DNA of 64,000 nucleotides, taken from NCBI RefSeq assembly GCF_000143415.4, contig NW_003314289.1, positions 628,292 through 692,291 of the forward strand, read 5' to 3'. Source of the DNA: Selaginella moellendorffii (lineage: Eukaryota > Plantae > Lycopodiophyta). Position numbers and translations under genes: made by a program. This document shows positions 1 through 9,141 of this stretch, one piece after another. Each line of letters starts with the position of its first letter. Within the stretch, counting starts at the first letter, position 1. Under the pieces are notes generated by a model, which saw nothing but the letters and a program-made list of their open reading frames with translations, ran no database searches and had not been told where the DNA came from.

Positions 1-4
1 AGAG

Positions 5-540
5 TGTCATGAATATGACTGCGAGTATCAAAAATTACCTATTAATGAATTCTTTTAGATATTCTTTCTTTACTACCATGACAACAAGAAGTCAGTATTG
101 CTGATCCCTTTTTTAGTCTCTGCCTAAACTAGTTGAGAAATTGATCTTCACATGTGTATTTGACCAGATAAGCACTAATGATGGAAATCCTAAGTTGTCA
201 TTAGTTAAGCATACTTAACACAGTGATGAGAAACCTATGTTATTAGCTTGCACTTGCTACTGTTAAGAACCTCGTGATATTGAGTTTGGTCCCTCAATAC
301 TGACCAAATGATAGCTTACTATGTCTGTCAAAACACTCTCGCTACCATGCCCCTTGTGTTGTTTTATTTGGTCCCATTAGCTATTTATGGAAAGTGTCTA
401 AATCTACTAATTGGGCATATCTATGGAATGTAGAGATTATCCTGAACACAATAATGTTGTTTCTACTTCCAAATTCACAATATAGCGCCATTCCATATTT
501 AGTAAGTTTCATGTTTGTCCCACAGACTAACTCTTGGTTG
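5..540 (+). mobile_element. Degenerate partial LTR of gypsy family A (probably the 3' LTR of an element extending outside the window)
   Basis: Starts TGTCATGAATATGACT, a decayed form of the family A LTR start TGTCGCGAATGTGACT (2025, and minus strand at 36443 and 42297). It is preceded by AGAG, the same as the end of the family A PPT. Similarity fades at about 540. Confidence 0.75.
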
Positions 541-2024
541 TTTAGGAGTTTTGCTCCATTCCTTCATTCAATGGCCCAAGGCCCTAAAACTCATGTTCTA
601 TGTTGTTGTCCTTGAACACGTGCTATGTAACACGTGGCATATAGTGGGTTTAGGTCCACTTCGTGGTTATCCTATAATAAATCACCATAAGATAAAGAGT
701 GAAAACCATATATACTACATCATGTGCTAGTGGAACATAATTTGGATCCTAGGCATTTAGTAGTAGAACTAAAGTTTGATCTTGGCTATTTAATTATGGA
801 ACTAGAGTGTGATCTAAAGCTTCCTCAACCTCTCCATCATTACTAGCATTGCCATTATTACTAACATTGATAACTTCCTCTTGGTTTAGTATAGGGGTTT
901 TCTTCCTTAGAAGCTCCAACTCCTAAAAGCAATCTATCTTTTGTGCTTTTGGAATTCTTACAAATATTATTGGTTACATTCTGCCATCCCTTACACCCTT
1001 TGCAACAAATCAAGTGCAAATAAGTGCCTCAAATGGCATGCCTCTATATCGAAGATACCTGTAAATAATATATTTAAGAAAGATCTTAGAAATTGTGTTA
1101 TACTTATAAGCCATGAAATAATGCTCACCATATTGACAATCATAAATTGTCATCCTTGTCAATCTTTATAAGTTGCCAAGCCTCCAAATGGCTAATAAGC
1201 ATGTTATCGAATTCAAGGGACTTCCTCCTCTAAATAGAATCCCAATTATTTATGATCTCAGGTGTGACAGTAATGATCTCTATTGTTTTTGGTTTGCAAA
1301 AAGAGACTAAAAACATATTGATATTCATTATAAAGCTATTTTGCTTGAACAAACTCTATGTCTTAATTGACATACTTGGATGCTATATACACAAGGTTTG
1401 TCTGCTATAAATAGTATAAGGGGTTTCCTAGATCAAGTCATCAGGGCCTAGCCATTTGAGCACTTCAAAAGCTTTAGCACAAATTCTAAGTTAGCAACAT
1501 TTAAGGAGTTGAGAGCAATTAATAGATTATCTAAGGTTGTCCACTCTTCAATCCTAATTGCTAATAAGCCATTCCAAGTTTAGTAAAGGAAAAAAGTTAT
1601 AAATATCAAGGTGGTGGAGAAAGTAATTGGTTATATTAGGGAGATGGATGAAGAACTCTTTTGTAAAGTAGATCTATCAAAGTACAAAACAATATTGAGG
1701 TATTATAATAAGCATGAGCTTAAGTTTGGTATTCTACAAATTTAACCACAACTTCATATAGTGTTTAGTAAAGTTGAGATAAAAAAGGACAATGATGAAG
1801 ACTAAGGAGATAAGACAAACGATGCAATAGTTAAAAAGTTAGCCAATATCTTGTATTCATGTAACACTTTTATCACTTTCTACTCTTCAAGTTTTAACTT
1901 TCTCTATTTTTCAAGTATTTCAAATTTGTGTGGAAGGCAATTCCAACTATTGTTGAGCCATGGTTATGCCTTACTTCACTTACCTATTAGGGACAAAGAA
2001 ACTATCTAAACATACCGGAATAAC

Positions 2025-2535
2025 TGTCGCGAATGTGACTTCAGGTATCGAAAATTACCTGTCGGTTAGTCCTTTCGGATATTCTTTCCTTACTGCCACG
2101 ACGGCAGGAGGCCGGTATTTCTGGACCCTTTATTAGTTCCTCTTGTTCAAGTGTTAGTAAACTGGGCTTAGCATCTGTACTTGGCTAGATGAGCATAAGG
2201 AAGGAATTCCTAAATGTCTATTTAGTTGAGCATACTCGGCCTAGCTTGTTAGTTCTCTTTTGCTCTGTCTTGCACTGGCTTGACAAGAACCCTTGCGTAT
2301 TGAGATTAGTCCCTCAATATCTCTGGATGATAGCTTACCGTGTCTACCAAACACCCTCGCTATCATGCCCTTTGTGTTAGTCTCATTTCGGTCCCAAATG
2401 CTATTTATGGAAAGTGTCTAGATTTGCTCATTTGGCATATCTATGGAATGTAGAGATTAGCCTGAACACAATGGTGTTCGTCCCGTGTCCAGATTTGCAT
2501 TCTAGTGCCATTCCATATTTAGTAAGTTTCGAGCT
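2025..2535 (+). mobile_element. Truncated LTR of family A (5' half)
   Basis: TGTCGCGAATGTGACTTCAGGTATC through CCATATTTAGTAAGTTTC aligns by eye with the reverse complement of the LTRs at 35535-36443 and 41485-42297. Confidence 0.8.
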
Positions 2536-3652
2536 TAACTTTGTTTTTTCCATCTAATCTTGAGATGGAAGAGGTCTAAGGTTCAAAAAAAAAGGAAGAA
2601 AGTCTTTTTGCAAACTTAGGTCGAAGGCATATATCAATAATCTAGAAGAAACACCAAAGGCACTTACCCACTTTGTTGTCAAACATGGGGCTATGGAAGA
2701 CTTGGCCGAAATAGTCCTTTAAGAGGGGGTATAAAACATAAAATAAATACATTAATGAAGATTCTAATAATAACCTTGAGATTAATAAAAATTTACAAAA
2801 CTCTAGATATCAAAGCTTTCAAGCAGCATAAGTTAATTTTCACAAAGTTGAAGAAGTTTATATATTGCCACTCTTAGAGTTCATCTATTAGTGAACTTTC
2901 ATATTGAGCAAGTAAAATTTTCCTTTAATCTTTTTGGTGCTCATAATTTCTTAGACTTGGTTACCCTTGATTTTTTTTTTGCTTCATTGCAGATGGCACG
3001 GGGTTTAATGAATTAATATGACAAGAGTAATCCAACCCAACTTTATTTTGGCATTAGCCTGCAAATGAATTTTGTAAAACTTTTAGGCTGTATTTAGCTT
3101 TCAGGGCAACACTGTATCATGAAGAAAACTCTTAATAATATACCACCCCATATGAAGGCTGTAATTGAGTTTATGGAGATGCATCTAGAGCATTATAATA
3201 TGTATGTTAAGAAGAAGTCAACTTTCATATCAAAGCTTGTTGATGATCATGTATAGAAGAAGAGAGAAGCAAAAAAGATATGAGAGAAGAAGAAAGTTAT
3301 GTGTGGATTGTGTGTGGATTGAGATATAATTTGCTATAGCTATAATAATATCTGGTATTTCAAAATTACAACATAAGGTATAGCTATAATTATTAAATAA
3401 TCTAATATATAGTTATAATTTATTTGATTTAATTTATTACATAAGAATATTCTTAGCATAAAGAAATATTTGGATGCAACAATGAAGTTAAGTGATGCTT
3501 CAATGGGTGATCTTGAGGAAAGTTAATAATTTTTAAAGAGAACAGCAAGTGCCAAGACAAAAAACATAAAAGATTAAATTTAAGCTAGGAAAAAACTAAG
3601 ACACTGGTATAAGTCCAAATTAATTTGTAGTTGTTTAATATAGAGTAAAGCT

Positions 3653-4507
3653 ATGATAACATTTGGAGCTCTAAATGTATTAAGAAGGAACCAAATGATA
3701 AATATTATTACAGGGATTTCAGCTTTAATTTCACTTATTTCCTCAGTTGATATACCAAGAGGTCAAGTTGTAACCAATAAAATTCAAATAAGAAATGACA
3801 ATCATGGCGTGTATACTATTACAGTTAATTATTGGATTTTTAGTATAACTCCTGGTAAGACTTTTGGTGAATGTTCTGTAAATCCAGCAGGTGATATAGA
3901 CAATGGAGCTATTATAAAAAGGGAATTAGAAAATCTAGTTACATTTTACCAAAATATATTAATTAACTCAGGCTCATCTTTTGTTACAATTATGACAAGA
4001 CTATATGCTCTTGAGTATTCAATTGATAATTATAGACCATTTCAAGCACAAACTAACAGGCTTCAATATATAAATTATTATCAGTGTTTTGCTTTTAATA
4101 GTATGCTACTAGGTGGTTATTTTGATATGCCCTACCAATATTTAAGTACTGAGCATTTTTTGATTTCTCCAAACAAGAAAGTAATTTTATATTTACATAA
4201 TAGTTGTAATCTTGTTTTATATATAGGTAAATATAAAATATGGTCTACAGAAACATCAGGCCATGGTAAAAATTGTAAATTAAGACTACAAAGTAATGGA
4301 AATTTAGGATTATATTCAGAGGATGGTATTATAATTTGGTCTCCTAATAATAAAAGCTGTTTTAATTGTTTTTTAAATATATATTTTATTGTTCAAAATG
4401 ATTGTAACTTAGTTTTATACCAATCAATAAGTAAAGTACTTTCTACTCATCAGCCTACTGTAATTGTTTTATGGGATTCTAAATCTTATCCATGTTTGAT
4501 TAATTAA
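3653..4507 (+). CDS. 284-aa protein with a C-terminal bulb-type (GNA/B-lectin) mannose-binding domain and an unrecognised N-terminal half
   Basis: Three B-lectin subdomain repeats: LHNSCNLVLY..IWST, LQSNGNLGLY..IWS and VQNDCNLVLY..LWDS. The last matches the QxDxNxVxY mannose site. The 855-nt ORF is uninterrupted in very AT-rich DNA. An upstream exon cannot be excluded. Confidence 0.75.
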   Translation: MITFGALNVLRRNQMINIITGISALISLISSVDIPRGQVVTNKIQIRNDNHGVYTITVNYWIFSITPGKTFGECSVNPAGDIDNGAIIKRELENLVTFYQNILINSGSSFVTIMTRLYALEYSIDNYRPFQAQTNRLQYINYYQCFAFNSMLLGGYFDMPYQYLSTEHFLISPNKKVILYLHNSCNLVLYIGKYKIWSTETSGHGKNCKLRLQSNGNLGLYSEDGIIIWSPNNKSCFNCFLNIYFIVQNDCNLVLYQSISKVLSTHQPTVIVLWDSKSYPCLIN

Positions 4508-5021
4508 AATTTATAATACTAGAAAATAATTTCTTAACTTGATCTTAAAGACAGTCAAAAATAGAACTGCTAATTTTTTATAATTTTTTTGTGTATATCA
4601 TACACACTTTAAATAATTTGCTACACATTACATGCAGCAATGATTGGTTTCCTTAATAGTAGGTTTATTCTTATTTATTAAAATGGAAGTTTATAATTTA
4701 TAAACACAATATTAATCTTATTGAGTATCAACCATTAGATGGTAGAAGAAACTAAAATATACTAGAAAGTGTTTAGAAAAGTTTATAAATTATAAACGTA
4801 TTTATAAATTATAAATATAAGATTAATCTAAATAAATAACAACCATTAAATAATAAAATATTCTAAGCATATTCTAAGCATATTGTAAGCATATCCACTA
4901 CCACCCACTCCCTTATAAATTTGCTAAAGCAAATAAAAAATTCTTGAGAGAAAATTTAAAATCCCCAATCAGAAGATCACTGTTAGTGCCAAATTCCATA
5001 GAGGCCAAACCAATAATTCAG

Positions 5022-6166
5022 TCAATGCTTTTGAGTTGAATAAACTGCATCTACATCTTCTAGTTCCAGTAGTTTATCGATCAAAGCCCTATTCATTTCC
5101 ATTGCTTCATCATCAACCTGTAAAATCAAAAGAAAATGGATCAATCCAATGAAACATGGAAATCTCTTTCATACCTCCACTAGCTCAGTTGGTACAAGCT
5201 CTAGACCCGAATTATCCATGTCAATCGAGAACCCCGCATCCTTGAGCCCAGCTTTGACACGCCCGAAATCATCCATCGCCGTTATCACCTTGAAGTACCT
5301 TACATCAACCAAGTTCCTTATTAAACTAAAAAAAAAAGAAACACAGAATTCTACAAAGAAAATAGCTTACTTCTTCTCCTCTGGACTTTCACCGTCCTCC
5401 AATTCAGGTTCCACGACGTCCTCAGCTCCAGTGTCCATCGCTGCAGCCAGAAGACTTTCGGAATCCACATTGCCTTTCACAGCCACGACTCCAGCCCGTT
5501 TGAAGTTGAAGAGGACCGAGCCAGAGGCAGCCATTTTGGCATGGCTCTTTTTTATAACATCGCGAACGAAAGAAGAAGCTCTGTTCGTGTTGTCCGTGAG
5601 AACTTCCACCACGATTCCAACACCACCAAAGCCGTAAGCCTGCATTGTTTCAAACTCTCTTGCAGCGCAAACAAAACGCAATGTGAGTTACCTCATATGT
5701 GATCTCCGTGAAATCCTGCTGGTCCTTGTCTTTCGCTTTCTTAATGTTGCGTTCTATGAGATCTTTCGAGACATGAAGCTCCTTCGCTTGTTGCACTAGC
5801 GCTGCCAGTGATAAATTCGATGACAGGTTTGTCCCGCCTTCCTTCGCCCTGAAAAAACCGATCCAATTAGCAACAAGCGAGAGAAAAAATCACAAATGCG
5901 ATACGCTTGCGCTATCTCTTTGCCAAGCCTAGCATTAACTTTGTTTCTCTTCAAGCCCTGTGCCGCCTGCAGCACTGCTGATTACATTAGAAGCTTCAGA
6001 CGAGAAAGAAAACGCTAACCTTCCTGTCCGCAATCTTGCAAGCTCGCCTTCCCATTTCCAGAAGAGCAGAGGTCCATAGACGCTGAAAACAACTCGCATT
6101 TCCTGCGGTGCTGCCATGACGAACATTTCCGCGATGTGCTCTCAAGGCAGCGACAACTGCCTTCAT
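5022..6166 (-). CDS. YebC/PmpR (TACO1)-family protein, 6 exons, probable organellar transit peptide
   Basis: Exons 6166-6020, 5966-5905, 5848-5692, 5639-5371, 5298-5175 (alternative in-frame acceptor at 5325) and 5117-5022, all with GT-AG introns. Protein: MKAVVAALR...MGRRACKIADRK...[26 protein letters not shown]...GSVLFNFKRAG...LLELEDVDAVYSTQKH*, which carries the hallmark YebC motifs. Confidence 0.93.
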
Positions 6167-6171
6167 TTGCA

Positions 6172-6188
6172 AAACCCTAAAACCCTAG
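6172..6188. promoter_or_regulatory. Tandem telo-box (AAACCCTA x2) immediately upstream of the YebC/TACO1 start codon
   Basis: AAACCCTAAAACCCTAG. Telo-boxes are common in 5' regions of plant translation-related genes. Confidence 0.6.
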
Positions 6189-6239
6189 AGATCGAGAAGG
6201 AAGCATTAAGTAAAACACAAGAAAAAAACTTGCTATAGA

Positions 6240-6700
6240 ATTCATGATGATACTCCAAAACATCTTTCATCCCGTCCCACAAAGGAGGTTGTGAAGAATT
6301 TCTTGAACATAAACATGGTGGCTACTGCTGGAGGATCATCATCCAATGTTGCGGGGAATAATGCAACTGGAGAGGTCCATTCTGAGCCTGATGCAGAAGC
6401 CATGTATGTGCGAATGAGTAACAAGCGTCCATGCACTCAAGAATCTGGATAAAGACAACAGCAACAACATCAATACTAGCAGCAATAGCATCACAAGCAA
6501 TTAAATAGTGGTGGAAAGCACACTGATGATGGACTTTCCTTGCTTGAACAATGTAAGGGAAAGTTTGGACCAAAGTGCTGTCATGGACTTGGACACGAGG
6601 TGAAGGATTGCCCATCTCTCAAGGACATGAAGCAGAAGAATTGTACTCAAGCAAACATTGCTAAATTTGAGGATGGTGAACCACATGAGAATGAAGGTAT
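6240..6700 (+). pseudogene. Degenerate retrotransposon gag remnant with a zinc knuckle
   Basis: Plus-frame translation with stops ends ...KCCHGLGHEVKDCPSLK...QANIA, a decayed CCHC-like knuckle. Confidence 0.45.
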
Positions 6701-7763
6701 ATATTTCTTCATGAATTTGTATATCCTATGATTGGATCACAGTGGATTGGTATACAACGCACCATTTGTCAGAAAATAAGTTTGCTTTCTCAACACATTT
6801 GAATGTATACATCTGGCAGTTTCTAACCTTTTGCTGTAAAGATACAACGTTTTACATTATGCAAGTTCTCGCTTGGGGAATCAATTCTTCATCAACATGT
6901 CCGGACTGAGTGAGCCTCTAGCAACTGGACCTTTCTTCAATGGGATTTCGCCATCTTAGTCCCCTGATTCACTCGGTTATAAAGTCATTTGTAAGGTTTT
7001 GCCCGCAGGTTCTCTGAGAAGTCTCAGCTGTTGCCACCGTTACTTGTTCATTGTCATGGAACCCTGCCATTAGCCTGGGAAACCTGGTGAGGGACAGTGC
7101 TGTCAAGACTGGCACTTTATTTGCAGTGGACAGAAGTTCGGTAATCAAGATAGAACTCATCGAGAAGCATATCCTAAGGGAACTGACTCGTGAAGCCCTT
7201 TGGCTATTATGGCTTCAGGTGAACCAAATCCGGAGCAGCAGCTGGGAATGCTTTGGTGAGCACTTTCAAGTTCTTATGCTTTATGGCTTAGCATTTACTT
7301 TCTTTTAATCCAGCACTCTGCTGCTGCTTTTGCAACTGTCCATCTAGGGATTCAGTAGCAATGCGGTCACAGGGGTTCACAGGTGCAGTTTCTGTGGAGC
7401 TGTGATTGACGTGGCTGGTCCACTAAACAACTCCAACTCATGAAAGATTGTGGGGAAAGATATGTTCATTGCAGGCTTGACACTAGAGTTGAACAGCACA
7501 GCGCATGAACTTCTCGGTTGGCTCCAGGAAATTTTAGTGAAACTATAAATAAGTCCCTTTTGACCTTTTATTATGTTTTGAGTAGAAGCTGAAAAATTGA
7601 GCTTGTAATATATTACAAACATTATAAAGTTCTAGAGGATACTTTTGTCCAAGAACTTAAATACTTGCTATGTGCTATAATAAAGAGGATTATCAAAACA
7701 TAAAATAAGATAAAATTTATTTGTAGAAAAAGTAATTTTATCACTTCTTTAAATCTATACTAT

Positions 7764-7937
7764 TGTGAGGGCCAAGTGTACGGCTATGATGCCATATACT
7801 AATATTAGCGTAGTGGATTTTGGTAGCTGTCGGATTGGTTTCAATCCGGACCACTCGCTCCTGTATATAAGTTAGGGTTTTTGGGTTAATTGATATGCAC
7901 ATTTCTGTATTCCCTTTCCATATTCCATGCACTCACA
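7764..7937 (+). repeat. 5' LTR (174 bp) of the 7764-12773 element
   Basis: TGTGAGGGCC...CACTCACA, with TATATAA inside. Direct repeat of 12600-12773. Confidence 0.97.
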
Positions 7938-7938
7938 T

Positions 7939-7956
7939 TGGTGGAGATGAGGGGCA
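7939..7956 (+). other. Primer-binding site complementary to the tRNA-Ala 3' end
   Basis: TGGTGGAGATGAGGGGCA versus the plant tRNA-Ala 3' complement TGGTGGAGATGCGGGGTA, recalled from memory (16/18). It lies 1 nt after the LTR. Confidence 0.8.
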
Positions 7957-8170
7957 CCTTTGATTGTCCCTGGGGAGTGCTTGGATTTGGGATTTCGGTT
8001 TAGATCTAGCTTTTGCATTGTCTAGATCTAGCTTTTTCCATTTCCTTTCTTTTGTTCTTTCCTTTCAGGATTTTGGTTTAGATCTAGCTTTTTGCATTGT
8101 CTAGATCTACCATTTCTTTCCAGCTTTTTGTCATTTCTCTTCTTTTGCTCTTTCTTTCTCATTCATTTTC

Positions 8171-9103
8171 ATGGCCGATCCCCAATCTCCTCCTTTGACT
8201 CTAGAGCAGCAGTTGGTTCAATTGCTTGATGCTATGCGCTTGCAATTGAACAACCAAACTCAGTTGATGGCGGCGTTCACGGCACATGGTACAACTCCTC
8301 CTGCTTTTGGTGCCAATCCTCGCGTTCGGCCGGAGTTCTTTCGTGGGAATCCTGGGGATGATGTGTACCATTGGTTTGATCACTTCACGGTGATTGCCAC
8401 ATATCATTCTTGGGATGATGCTCGACGTTTGCGTGAGTTCCCCACATGTCTTCAAGGGACGGCATTGCAGTGGTACAATGGATTGAGCGCAGCTACTCGT
8501 GGCGATTGGAGTGTTCTTCCGGACGTCTTCAAACACGCCTTCGGACACGCCGACGATTGTGATGATGCCTTCCAACAATTGCATCGTCTTCGCCAAGGGC
8601 CATCTGAGTCAGTGATGCAATTTGGCGTTCGTTTCCGAAGTCTTTTTCTTCGTGCGGAGCCAAATATGTCGGAGCGGATCAAGCTAGGAATGCTGTGGCC
8701 AGCACTTCGTCAAGATCTTGTCGGACTTGTGCATGCACTTGCTCCTGCCACTCTTGACGATGCTCTTCGCTTGGCACAACGTTATGAGACGTCGCCTCTT
8801 CCACTTCTTGCTACACGTCCTTCAGCTCCACTTCCTATGAGTGATGGTCTTGTTCCCATGGAGGTTGATGCTGCTGCTACTCGAGTCCAAGGACAAGGGC
8901 AAGGACGTGGTCGTGGCCGTGACATTCGTTGCTGGGCGTGTGATGAAGTTGGTCATACTTATCGGCGTTGTCGGCGCTTTCTGGATTGGCGACCTCCATT
9001 TCCTGGGTGGAGACCTTGGCGTCAGCAACGTCCCGTTGGTGCTGCTGCGGTGGAAGGTTTGGATACCGAGGTGCATTCGGGAAACGAGGAGTCGCGCGAG
9101 TAA
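8171..9103 (+). CDS. gag: Gag (retrotransposon gag domain plus CCHC knuckle)
   Basis: 310 aa with RLRQGPSESVMQFGVRF (gag motif), PMEVDA and CWACDEVGHTYRRC (CX2CX4HX4C). Confidence 0.95.
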   Translation: MADPQSPPLTLEQQLVQLLDAMRLQLNNQTQLMAAFTAHGTTPPAFGANPRVRPEFFRGNPGDDVYHWFDHFTVIATYHSWDDARRLREFPTCLQGTALQWYNGLSAATRGDWSVLPDVFKHAFGHADDCDDAFQQLHRLRQGPSESVMQFGVRFRSLFLRAEPNMSERIKLGMLWPALRQDLVGLVHALAPATLDDALRLAQRYETSPLPLLATRPSAPLPMSDGLVPMEVDAAATRVQGQGQGRGRGRDIRCWACDEVGHTYRRCRRFLDWRPPFPGWRPWRQQRPVGAAAVEGLDTEVHSGNEESRE

Positions 9104-9141
9104 TGGAGGGACCTTGTGCGAATAAGTTAGTGACCCCTCCA
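9079..9141 (+). promoter_or_regulatory. -1 programmed ribosomal frameshift signal (slippery heptamer plus H-type pseudoknot)
   Basis: G_GGA_AAC (9079-9085) is in the gag frame, followed by a 6-nt spacer. Stem 1 pairs 9092-9100 with 9113-9121. Stem 2 pairs 9104-9110 with 9135-9141. Confidence 0.85.

Noticed and set aside
730-2020. Decayed coding-like and short-repeat sequence between the two family A LTR fragments
   Set aside because: No recognisable domain, PBS or TSD. I cannot show that the two LTR fragments belong to one element.
5149-5637. 162-aa plus-strand ORF
   Set aside because: Antisense shadow of the YebC exons.
5935-6126. 63-aa minus-strand ORF as first exon of YebC
   Set aside because: Wrong frame. 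The conserved MGRRACKIADRK is in the frame starting at 6166.
6850-7560. Moderately GC-rich stretch with splice-like signals and short ORFs
   Set aside because: No coherent exon chain or recognisable protein. It may be a gene fragment but this is unsupported.
8968-9078. ORF-track start of pol at 8968
   Set aside because: Non-ATG start overlapping gag. Pol is better explained by the -1 frameshift at 9079-9085.
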